The notes beneath the pieces are model-generated. The model was not told the DNA's origin, searched no databases, and was given only the letters and a program-made list of their open reading frames with translations. A DNA stretch of 63,104 nt, the filler included, from Reclinomonas americana ATCC 50394 (taxonomy: Eukaryota): the NCBI GenBank assembly GCA_048213135.1. It is 7 parts of 7 records of this genome, joined end to end, with 100 filler letters (N's around TTAATTAATTAA, not from the genome) between each part and the next. Parts side by side here need not be neighbours in the genome. Positions count along the whole stretch, not along the records: positions 1 to 27,995 come from PS015818.1; positions 28,096 to 40,632 come from PS015820.1; 5 more parts are not named here. The stretch is one strand, 5' to 3'. The number at the start of each line of letters is the position of its first letter. Position 1 is the stretch's first letter. The position numbers and the translations under genes are program-made. Positions 23,918 to 35,451 of this stretch are shown here, one piece after another.

Positions 23918-26900
23918 TGGAGCCCTGATGAGGTCCCCGAGTTCCGACCTGCTGCTGGTGCGTGGCGCGTTCATGTGTGCTCCTCACTGTAGTGTGAGTG
24001 AGAGAAGGCGACTCACATGCGCGAATGGCCAAAGGTATGGCGCCACCACATCCGCAACAGCCGCAACATCCTCCGCCCGTGTTCCTCGGCAACCCATCCC
24101 CCTTCTCGTCGCAAATGTTGTGTTTTGTTTTGGCTTCCCTCTTCTCGCGCGCCTGTGCGTGATGTGAGCTGATCGACGCTCTGTGTGCAGGGGAATGCCT
24201 CCATACGGGATGCCAGGGCCGCCGTACGGGCATCCTGGCAATCCCATGGCTCACACTCACGGACACGGCTCGTCACTGTACATCCCCGGCCAGCCGATGG
24301 GTCCTCCGCCGTCTGGTGGGCCCATGTACCCGGGTATGCATCCGATGATGCCGCCCGGCGCCATGCACGGACCGCCGCAAGCCGTGCCACAGCGCAAGCC
24401 GACTCCAGTGTTGCAACCGAATGTCGGTGGAATGATGCCTGGTGGAGGTGCTCCTGGTGGCGCAGGCGGCATGGTCGGTGGTCCCGTGGTGGTCGGTGGC
24501 GGAGGCGGCGGCAGCGGGAACAGTTTGTTCATTCCGTCGCAGCAGCCTGGTGCGCATGCGCCGGCCATGCAGTTGAGTTGCATCATCCTCTCGCTCTGTT
24601 GGGGCGACAACTCACTTTTTCGTTTGACAAAGGGTGAGCCGCCACCGTTCTCGCGACCCGTGGCGCACCGGCGACCGGATCGGAGACACATGCCGGTGCC
24701 GGGGTCCTCCAACATGCCCTCCGGTTCCGGCAGCGGTGCTTCTGGTAGTGCTTCGTCCGGCGTCGGAGGTGCAGGTACGCAGGGCATCCTGTCGATTGCA
24801 CCTTTGCGGCCCTCATATATGTCTTCGTGGAATGTGTGCAGCGCCAGTGGGCGGCAGTGCCAGCATGTCGCAGTTCTTTGTGGCCGAGAATCTGCGACAG
24901 CGACTAGAGAGTGCCTCCCGTCTGCAGACGGCCACAGTCCGTTGCGTTTGTTTTGAGAAGCGTGACGACCGAGCTTTCTTGGCTGACCCCTTCCACCGAT
25001 ACAGCGACCGACGAGCACTCGAGTACCGTCCCACAAGTGCTGCGCCAGCGCTACCACTCGATCTACCCACTGGAGACCACACCTCAGCCGTCGGGGTATG
25101 TGTTCCAGGCGCATTCAATACGTGGCGGTCAACAGCTGAATGGTTGGTGTGTCTTCGTTTCAGATGGGACCCTTCGTTGCGTACGGCGGCGTACAAGGCG
25201 ATAGATGAGGTTGACGGCACGCCCAAGATCCTGCGAAGAGTCACTTCGGTGAAGCAGCAGGCCGAGGTTCGTGTTGGTTGCGTGCAAGGATGGTTTGGCT
25301 GCTGTGGTCCTGATTCGGAGTGCCGGTGTTCGTGTAGTACGCCGTCGCCAATGCTGACATGTGGAAGTCAATCGCTCACCCGAGCATTGTTAACCTCACC
25401 GATGTATTCTACTCGCGCGACTTTGACACGTCAGGTGTGTGTGCCCCACGTGTGGCCGTGGCGACGCAGTGCTGTGTTGCTGATTTCTGTGCTCGACCGC
25501 ACAGACATGGTGTTTGTGTATGAGATGCAACCGACTTTGCAGACGGTGTACTCGTTCTTCTTCACGTCGTCGGAGACACGATCGGTGTGTTGTGTGTATG
25601 ATCTGTCGTCTTCGAACGTCTCGTGTCTCATAATCCTGCGTGTAGTTTGCTAGTGAGCGAGTGTTGTGGAGCTACATTGTACAGTTGTTGTCGGTGATGA
25701 ACAAGATTCACGAAGCCGGCCTCGCTCTGAGGTGTATCGCGCTGTCGAACATGGTGCTGACGGGACCCAATCGGTGCGACGACACTGCTCTGACTATGTG
25801 CGGACCTCTGCCGCTCACCTGTCATGCGCGCAGAATCCGCATCAAGAACATTGGCATTGCTGACGTGCTCCATCCCGACATGGACGCTACCACTGAGGAG
25901 ATGCAGGCATGTGTAGGGGGAGAAAAGTAGAAAGGTGCATGTGTGTGTGTGTTGCACGCCGCTGACGCCATGTTCTTGTTCAGATGCAAGACATGGTGCA
26001 GTTGGCGCACTCCATGCTGTCACTGGCCACTCTCACGGTGGTCAGGGACCACGAGGTGCAAATCATGTTGCAGCAGGTTCGTCTTGCGTGGCTTCCCACT
26101 GTTTCCTTGTTGAGGTGACTCATGAGCACGTGAACAGGCCGCACGCAACTACTCGCCGATGCTGGTGGAGGTGCTGGAGATCATGTTCTCGGCGGTGGAG
26201 GGGCCCGCCAAGCTGCTGGAGCGAGCGACTCCGCATGTGATGGCCGAGCTGGAGAGCTTGTACGGGTACGTCGGGTGTCAGAGAGAAGTATGCGTTCGTG
26301 GTTGAGTTTAACGTTACGTGTGTGGTGCCAGGCAAACCGATGCGCTGGAACGAGATCTGTACAAGGAGTTCAACAATGGTCGCATTCTCCGTCTGCTGGC
26401 CAAACTGAATTTCATCAACGAAAGACCCGAGTTGCGTTCTCCTCCGACCATCGCCGATTTTGGGTGCCACCGGCTCACCTGTCTTCGTGTGTGACAGATT
26501 CAATCAGGACACCACCTGGTCAGAGACCGGTGACCGCTACCTGCTCAAGCTGTTCCGCGATTTCCTGTTCCACCAGGTGAGCGAGTGATGGTCTCGCGCG
26601 TGTGCGTACTTGTGTGTGTGACAAAGGGAGGCTCACTGAGCGCGCTGTGTCACAGACGTCGGAATCAGGCGCGCCTGTGATTGACTACGGCCACGTCGTT
26701 GACAACCTGAACCGAGTTTCGTTCTCCTTTAACCGTGCCCTCTTTCCACTCTTACGTGTGATCTCACCACCACCCATACACAGCTGGATGCGGGTGTCGA
26801 TGAACGGTGTATTCTGCTCTCGCGCGATGGACAAACGCTGCTGGCGGTCAAGTTGTGTGCAAAGAGTGAGGAGCGAAGAGAGTGTGCCCGTGGTGACTCA

Positions 26901-27004
26901 CAACGCGTTGCAGATTTCGCGATCTGAAACGCTGCCTTGACGACTCATTTGCTCAGCTGTGGGATGTGTACGAAAAGGACGCTGCTGCATCGGCCGCTCA
27001 GTGA
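23918..27004 (+). CDS. PAN3: PAN3 deadenylase subunit (PAM2-like motif, pseudokinase, C-terminal knob); start codon not resolved
   Basis: [10 protein letters not shown] (PAM2-like), [57 protein letters not shown] and [15 protein letters not shown] at 27002-27004. Confidence 0.95.
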
Positions 27005-27391
27005 ACAAAGTAAAGAATGACTCTTTTTCGAAGAAGCTCGGCAATGTTGTTTTGGAATACACTGTACCGGGATCTTGGTTTGTTATATTTTTCGACTTTA
27101 CTTGCAAGGACGAGGGAGGTACATGCAGCCGTGAAGATCAAGTGACTTGCGCTGGAAATTACGGCAGCGACAGCCTTCGCCTTCAACTTGGACATTTCCG
27201 ATATTCGAACGCCAACAAAATCGACCACGTTACCGCATTCCGCAGTCGTGATTTTCTGCTGACGGGCGGGATATAGTTCCCGAACATTCACAATGCAGAC
27301 CAGGCATGCAGCAGCAGGCAAAGCTTCGAGAAAAATCTTGAGGGAATATTCATCGAATCCACCGAAACGACGGAATACCGGATTTGGAGGC

Positions 27392-27882
27392 GATGGCCGC
27401 GCAGGCCACCACGACGCAAGGCGGGGTGACCACCACCACTGCCAACACCACCAGCAGCAGCGTCGCCGCACCACCCTCGCACGTCGCCATCACACCGGGT
27501 GGCGGCAGCGAGGAGGACACGGACGATGAGCAGGAGTTGCTGCAGCTGTTGAGCGGCGGCAGTGATAGCTGCCTGCGACGCCTGAACCGCCGCGGCCACA
27601 GTCGCGCCCCCTCGTGCCCGCGCAGACCAGGCTCGCGCGTGCTCACCATGCTGGCCGTGGTGGCGGCTCTGTCGCTGCTGTACCTGCATGTGTCAATGGG
27701 CAGGCTCACAGTCGGCCACAACAACAACGGCGCGACATTTGACGCCACTACACACTCGCCGCCCTCGTCTGCGTCATCTTCTGCGGCCGCCATGCGCTTG
27801 TCAGAGGAGATTGCAATGTCGGCGCCTCCGCCACAGTGGGCCAAGTCGGCGACGAGTGGCGCGCGTCATTATCACGGACGAA
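27392..27882 (+). CDS. First exon of a probable type II membrane protein, truncated by contig end
   Basis: Disordered N-terminus, then basic residues and the hydrophobic VLTMLAVVAALSLLYLHV, then a GTGCGT donor. Confidence 0.5.
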
Positions 27883-27910
27883 AGTGCGTTGCTGGACACA
27901 CAGTCTCTCG

Positions 27911-27911
<1 letters not shown>

Positions 27912-27962
<51 letters not shown>
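27912..27962. repeat. (CA)n microsatellite
   Basis: Direct reading. Confidence 0.95.
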
Positions 27963-27964
<2 letters not shown>

Positions 27965-28039
27965 CAGACGACGAGAGACGACGACGACGACGACGNNNNN
28001 NNNNNNNNNNNNNNNNNNNNNNNNNNNNNNNNNNNNNNN

Positions 28040-28051
28040 TTAATTAATTAA
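28040..28051. other. Artificial contig spacer TTAATTAATTAA; also at 40677-40688, 49803-49814, 54631-54642, 57154-57165 and 58609-58620
   Basis: Identical stop-rich 12-mer embedded in N runs of near-identical length, six times. Confidence 0.97.
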
Positions 28052-28095
28052 NNNNNNNNNNNNNNNNNNNNNNNNNNNNNNNNNNNNNNNNNNNN

Positions 28096-30050
28096 AAGCG
28101 CGCGTTGCGGGAGGACCCAAACAACATTATCGAGCGCAACATCCAGACGCTGGCGTTGCAGACGCCGGAGCAGCGCGCCGAGAACCTCGCAGCCAAGGTG
28201 AATATTATTCTCGCATCATGAACGCCTGTGGTCCATCCAACAAGCACTCATGTGGGAGTCGTGCAGGTGGACAAGGCTAACGAGCGACAGGAGCAGATCT
28301 GGCGACACCACGCCGAGCTCGAGATGGAGCGCCAAATGCACTTTGTGGCCACTGTTGTGTGCACGCACCACTCGCAGCGCATCCATGATATAATTGCTGC
28401 AGTCTGCTCACCCACCCATGTTCTTCCTGGCAGGTGGAGAAAACGGAGCAAGGGCAGCACAAGGCCGAGAGCATGCAAGCGCACAAGCTTGAGCTGGTCA
28501 AGAAGAGACCACTGCAAAAGGTGTGTTGGAGAAGCGCATGTGACTCAACCATCAGTCTGCTGATGAGAGTGCGGTGTTTTGTGCAGCAATGGATGGTGAA
28601 CATTGCAGGTATCTGCAGACTGCTGTGTTGGAGCGAGCGACTACGTGTGGATCGTGAGGTGCGCTACTGGATCGAGGCACGACATCGTGCCGCGCTCGTG
28701 CTGCAGAGAATACTGCTGCCTCTGGTGCAGTTTAGACGACACATTCGACGCAAGAAGTCCATTGCCCTCATGCAGCGGTGAGCAAACAGCCCTGCTGCAC
28801 ATTCCAGTGATCCTGGATGTACTTACGATTGCGCAGAAACACATGGCTCTTCCGTCTCAACTGGAAGGTGCAGCGCAAGAGGCATGCGATCGAAATCATT
28901 CGTCGCACGCTCGACGTGTACTCGCTGGCCCGCAAATTCAGCTCCGCCATGCGTCTCTACCGCCGACAAGGTACGACTTAACCACACAACTGTTACTGCC
29001 ACTTCTTCTCTTTCTCGCTCATGACAAGTGACGCTCTCTGTCCACCCCCAACAGTGCGAACGGCGCAAAAGGTTGCGCGCACCTGGATCCGCTGCCGACT
29101 CAGTCTGGTATACGCACGGCTTATGGTTTCGCCTCCATGTATGTCTTTTTATTCATCAAGCATGTGATACACAGTTTTACGTCAATGCGCTGAAGGTCAT
29201 CACGTACCTGCGCTTGCTCCACAAGATGGCTGGCCGGCCGGCTGCGACTGTTGACTGGGGCGATCAAAAGGTTCATTTTGCACTGAACCTGTGTTGTTTT
29301 CCACCATAGAGCATCGCCTCAGCAGTGGAATGCACTTGCAGGTAACGATCGCCGGCCTCATGAAGAACCTGTCGATGAGCCACGAGCGCCTGGAGGCGTT
29401 CCGACGCAGGTCTGCAGTGGTGTGACGGCCGCTTGCAGTTGCATAGATGTTGTGTCTGAACTGACGCCGTCGATCGTGTTTTCCCATCAGTCTGCGATCG
29501 CCTACACCACCCACGCAGCACATTCGTCGGTGAGTTTTTCTCGCTCCACGTGACCTGTCACCGAATCGCTGACTGGTATCACTGCCCCACACAGATCTGA
29601 CATTATGCAATCGGTCAAGACTTATGTCGCAAGACTATACAAACAGTACGTGGTGGTCCGCAACCGCTACGACGCCGAGTTGCAGGAGCGCTTCTCATTC
29701 CACATGGTGCGTGTACGTGGCTTTCGGTCCCATGCACAGTGCAGTCACTGACTTACTTTCGCGCACAGGGCCGCCTGGAGGAGGATATTGAGCGCGAGCG
29801 ACACACACGCCGCCTGAGTCAGTGTGGGGCAGAGTTGGAAGCGTTGGCGGCATATGCACGTGCCAGGAAGAGTGTGCTGTTGGCCGAGGCGTACGTGGAG
29901 GACTTTGGTGTGCTGCGCTGCGAGGCCATGGAGTGCGCGACATACGATGTAGGCAAACCACCATCACGACGACACCTCATCAACGAGTCCGACGTGGCCG
30001 CAATAATTAATGAGCTGGCCGGACTCAGCGACGACTCGTACTGCCAGTAG
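28096..30050 (+). CDS. Helical/coiled-coil protein with degenerate IQ-like motifs, 5' truncated
   Basis: Exons join in frame (AALVLQRILLPLVQFRRHIRR, VRTAQKVARTWIRCRL); stop at 30050. Confidence 0.6.
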
Positions 30051-30131
30051 GTTCCACAGTGGATGCGCCCTGAGCTTCCGCGGTTGTTGTTTTAAATGGT
30101 AAAGAAAAATGAAGTGTTATTGTTGTTGTTG

Positions 30132-33100
30132 CTACGTGTCTCTGTTGGAGTAAGGAAACAGCCCGGCTGGACGCGGTCGAGACCTGTTTCATGATCAAGA
30201 AAATGTCAGTGAGCACAACAACAACACCACCAAAATGCTACGTGCACACACACATATATACACGCACCGGCCAGCAGATGCCGGTCGCGCCGAAGCAGGG
30301 CGCTCCGGTCCTGGCACCTGCACCGCAGTGGCCAGTTGGAAGGGTTGTGCCCTGCAACCATGCACATGCACGTCAGTGCGACACACAGCACCTGAAAGTC
30401 GTGCACCACACACTCGCAGTCACCTTGTGGTGGCCTTCAGTGGACCGCCATTGAAGAGTTTGAGACGATTGACGCGTTTTTCGTCAATCTCCACCACGAG
30501 GTCTTCGACGGGGAATCCCGGCATGCCGCCCATGACTGCCGCCTTCAGTGCCGCCACACCGTCATCGACAGCGACAGTGGTCTTGGTGGCCGGTGAGCCC
30601 GGTCTGCTGCTCTGCGCCGCAGTGCGACGCGCCGGTGAACGTGACCGGGTCGGTGTGCCCGAGGAGGGTGACCTTGCTCGTGACGGCGATGAGGGCACGG
30701 CCGTCACTGCAACCTGCTGCAGGGCGCGCTCGTGCTGCTTCCGAAAGCGTGTAATGTGCTTGTGTCGTCGATCTGTGCGTGCGTGTCATGTATGAGACTC
30801 AGAAACAGGGGGGAGCGAAACACAGGTACTACTTACCAGCGTGCTCAAGTTTCCGTTTCAACTCGGCCGCATCGGCTGGCGACGTCGGTCGTAGTGGCGG
30901 CGTCACATCGGCGCGCCGTGGTGTGACAGCCGCAGACGAGGCTGCCTTGCGCGGTGTGACAGCTGCAGAGGCGGCAGCAGGTGCACGTGGAGCGGGTGGT
31001 TGAGGTTGAGGCGGAGGAGGTGGTGGTGGTGGCGGCGGCTCAGACTGCGCCCCGTGTGCCGGCGAGGGAGACGGTGAGAGGCGACGTGCGGCTGAGCGAC
31101 CGGCTTCAGGTTGTTCGGAAAGGCGGCCGTGTCGAAGACGGAAAGCGCTGTGCTCCGTATCCGAGTTCACCACGTGGTGCTGGATCTCGGTGGACAGGCG
31201 TGTCGGACTCAGGCCGCCGCTTGTGCGGATCTTGCTCTCGCCGGCGACGGGCGACGATGGTGGCATCGCCCTCGGCTTCTCCGCCGGCACCACCACGACA
31301 TCACGGCTGCTCCGCCGGGCCGACGCCACCGTGGCCACGTCGGGCAGCAGCGACGGAGGTGGTGGCATGCCAATGGAGACCGAGCCGAGAACACTGTGCA
31401 CCACCGAGGTGCGCCGCGCAGACAGCTGCTGGGGGGCGACGGTGGGTGGCGGTCGAGGCGAGCGAGTTCCCGAGTCCTGCGAATGAGGTGAGGAATGGGC
31501 CAGGTAAGAAAAGCGGCATCCGACACCACACAGTACGCAACCGATCGTGCAGAAGGCGGCTCACTACGAGTCTTGTGAAGCGTCGACGAGGCAGACGCCG
31601 TTGCTGGCTTGGATGACGGTGGTGGAGGAGCTTGTTCTGGTTGTGGAGCAGCCGGTTGTTGCTGTTTCTGTTGTTGCTGCTGTTGTTGTTGACGGCGAGT
31701 CCACGCCAACACATCCTCGGTGGACACGGCGTGATTCCTCTCCAGGCGTGGCGGTTCCGGCTGCTGTACCGATTGCATTTTGAGGTCCAGCGGAAGGATG
31801 AGAGGTGAACCTGGACGCTGATTCCTTCTGTCGTGTGACTCGCCGGCAACGACGGTGGGCGTAGTCGAGGTGACGGCAGTAGCGGGAGGAGGAGGAGGAG
31901 GAGGAGGATGGGGGTGATGGGCGGGAGCAGCGGCTGCTGTCGAGCGATGATGTATCGACGCACTGGAGGGTCTCCGTGGAGGTGGCGATGTGAGCGGGCG
32001 CGAGGCACCCGACAGGGGAGTGTCGGAGGGCGGTCGTTTAGGCGGTGAGCTGGCAGCAAACGGCGATGGGCGGCGATCAACGGGCGACGCACGACCACCG
32101 TCGACATCGATCGGCGACGGTGGCGATCGCCGATGGCCCGCCACCGACGACGAGGACGAGGCCTGAGAGAAGCGCGACGGGGACGAGGCGCGACTGGGCG
32201 AGTTGCAGACGCCATTGGAGCCGGCGGTCGGTGGCAACTCAATGTGCGCCGTGCCCGGGGCGTCCGTGTCGGCCCACGCAAATATCTTCGCATGATTCAC
32301 CGACGAGCGTGCAAACTTGGTGGCAACCGGTCGCGCCGCCGGCGGCATGCGTGCACGCACGGCCCAATCGATACCACCAACCACTTCCTGTCGCGACACC
32401 CGCGCCGACGTCGGCTGCGACAAGGCTCCCACACTCGCTCGCCGTCGCTGCGTGGCCGCCGTCGTCGGCGATCCCGGTGACGGTGCCGCCCGCGCACTGG
32501 AGAACGAGATGCGTCGCTGTCGAGTCACCACTACCGGTGCCGCCGGTGCCGCCTGATCCGCACCAGCAGACGGTTCCTTATTGTGATCACTCACCGGCGA
32601 CGCACGTTCCCTCGGTGCCGACGACGGCCGCCGCACATTCGACGAACGCGTCGACGACGACGATACCATGGTGGAGGCCGCCGACGGCGACGACTCCACC
32701 ACAAAGTCCACGTGAATGTACTTGGGCTTCAACGCCGGCGGCTTGCGCAGCGCCTTGGAGGTGCCACGCGCCGACATCGACCCGCCCGTCGCCACTCCCT
32801 GTTCGTTGAACTACCACCGCGTGTGAGGAGAAGAAGAAGAGCAACGACAACGCCACGAAGAATATAAAGACCTCGGGAAGCAGTGTGAGATTCGCGACCT
32901 CTGCGCCGGAGCCTCGTCCCGACACCAGCGCACTATTCGTTCCACTGACCGCAGCCGCTGAATCGCCGCCATTGCCAAAGAGCGATGCGGCGGAGGGTGC
33001 CGAAAAGCGTCGCGCATCGCTCCCGCCGAGAATGCTCGCCATCATGGCCGCGCTCGGGTGCCGCGAATCCGGTAACGGTGCGTTTCCATAGGTAATCTTG

Positions 33101-33144
33101 CGTACGCGAACCACAGTGTTGCTGCTGCTGGCCGACGTCGCCAT
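30132..33144 (-). CDS. S/P/A-rich low-complexity protein, multi-exon
   Basis: Long ORFs 32587-33198 and 31209-32795 are linkable by GT-AG introns. The 3' exon boundary is approximate. Confidence 0.55.
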
Positions 33145-33880
33145 CCTAAGATAAGGAGGAGAGAAGTCAGGACAAATCGAAAAAAAGAAAACGATCACCG
33201 AGCGCGTTTATCGTCGCTCTCTCTCGCACGCGCGTGTACATGAGCACCGATGACGCAACATAGTTCACACAGCGACACGCGTGCGTCTCGTTGAATGGTC
33301 GCCGAGATTATAACGATAGGGACAGCCGCGGACAGTGCGAGTCACTCTCTTCTGTCCCACTCTCTGTGTGTGTGTTTTTGCACATGACTTTGGGTTAGCG
33401 AATGGACCACAGTGATCGCGATGGCTGTTGCTGTCGTGGGTGTCGTGATCCAGGTGCGTCTCTCTCTTTGTGTGTGTGTGAAAAGCACAATGACAAATAG
33501 AGAAAGTGTGAGGCGTATCTGCGTGTGTGTGAATATGGCGCGAATCACCATCACATTGCGTGTGTGTGTGTTTGTCTGTGCGCACGTGACAGTGCCTCTT
33601 CTTTTCTGTGTGTGTGCGTGTGCGTGCGTGTGCGTTTCGTGTTTTGTTTTTTTCTGTGGGTGTCTCGACCGAAAGAAGAGTAGCGCATCATCTCACAGAC
33701 TTGTGGCGTGCGAGCGTGTTTTTTCACCGAAGTTTCCACATTTTGTGTTGCTGCTGCTGCTCATCACGTGCACGTCACAGAGGCCAACTGTTGCTTTGCG
33801 TTTTGCGTTGCGTTTGTTTGGTGGTGGTTGTTGTCCGCGTGCGGTGCGTGGCGTGTGTGCTGACGGTTTCCATGCATTTG

Positions 33881-33882
<2 letters not shown>

Positions 33883-33937
<55 letters not shown>
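33883..33937. repeat. (GT)n microsatellite
   Basis: Direct reading. Confidence 0.95.
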
Positions 33938-33940
<3 letters not shown>

Positions 33941-34242
33941 AGAATGGGTGTTCGTCGGGAGCGTGGGCGTGCAGTTGCGTGTGTGTGTGGGAGAGGGGAA
34001 GGAGAGGAGAATGGAATGACGCAGTGAGTTGGCGTGACAGATAGGAATAGAAATGAGAGAGAGAGAGAGAGAAACGAAGAAGAAGCAGAAGAGGAGGAGC
34101 AGAACTGAGTGAGTGTGCGTGAGAGAGAGAGAGGGAGAGGAATGAATGAGTGTCAGAGGGGCGAGGGAGTTTGCAAGGGATCATGAGCGAGTTTGTGCGC
34201 TTGTCTGCTCACGTGATTGTTGTTGCTGCTGCGCACGTGCAG

Positions 34243-35397
34243 GAAAACGGGAGTTCTTTCGCGATTGTTATGCGACGTGCATCCCGTTGCTGTCGACGTT
34301 GCGCGCTCACTCTCTTTTTTTTTGCATTTCTCACCCCATCGTCCTCCACTCACCCCCTCCCCGCTGGTGCAGCGATGACCTCGGCTGCTTCTTCAAGACT
34401 GTCATGTGTTGTTCGTTGTGTTGTGGATTCCCGTGGGTGCAGCTGACGTTCGGTTGCATGCTGTGGTGCAACGAGGGCTGCGAGAACTCGTGTTGTTGTA
34501 TATGTAGAGGGTGTGCCAGTTGTCGTGAAACGTTGCGGCGCGGCATTGAGCGACGGCGAGACTTGGCCAGTTGAGTCGTGTGCCCTCCCCTCCCCACTCG
34601 AGTGTGGATCATTTTCCCACTCCCCTTTGTGTCGCAGATCGCCAGAGAATGTATCAGATGGCCATTCGCGATGCCGTGTTTGCAGCGCGGGAGGACGAGC
34701 GGTTAGCGGAGGTGGCCAAGATGCGCAACAACGTGTCGGCGGCGGGCGCTGCGGGTCACGATCCACGCGCAGATCGACGGCAATTACCGCCGACGTTTCC
34801 CGATACACCGCACTCGCCGAATTTTGTCATGGTGGGTGTGCGACTGCGTGTGGGTGTGCGTGCGTCCGCTAATGCGCTTGTTTTTTTAATTGGTGCAGTT
34901 TCCGCATGCGAACCACATGGGCAACGTCACCGATTATGGTGCGTCCTGGTATTCCTACGCGCGCGGTGGGTGTGTTTGTGCTGACGCTCACTCTCGTGGC
35001 AGTATTACATATTCCGACGCCGGGAGAAATCGACCTGGCACGCAATCACGGTGTGCAGATGACGCCCATGGCGGGCGGTGCGACAGCAGCGGCCGACGGT
35101 GACACTGTGGGCCGAGTAGCCGCGGCATCGGGAGGTTGTGGAGATTCCGCCAGTGCGGTGGCTGACGACGCGAGTGGAAGTGGATTCTCAGCGCCAGTCG
35201 ACTCCAACCGAGTGTCCAGCAATGCTGCTTCTCAGTCCACCGCCGCCGCCGCTGCTGCTGCTCCCCCTCCAGTCACCATTGTTCTTCCGCCTATGGATTT
35301 CGTTGCTGTCGTTTCACAACCGTCTGGTTCGCTGGCATGGCCGTCGGCACTGCCTGTTATTGCACCACCCCCGCTACCACCGCCGAGCGAACCCTGA
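34243..35397 (+). CDS. Small Cys-rich, probably membrane-associated protein; start not resolved
   Basis: DDLGCFFKTVMCCSLCCGFPWVQLTFGCMLWCNEGCENSCCCIC, then spliced helical and Pro-rich exons; TGA at 35397. Confidence 0.55.
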
Positions 35398-35451
35398 TTA
35401 ATTTTGTGTCGTCTTTATAATGGAAAAATCTTTGTGTGTGTTTTTACGTCT

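Noticed and set aside
28040..28051. Recurrent palindrome TTAATTAATTAA
   Set aside because: Artificial spacer inside N runs.
29072..29077. GTTGCG as a donor
   Set aside because: The frame reads through it (AQKVART), so it is exonic; not every GTTGCG is a splice site.
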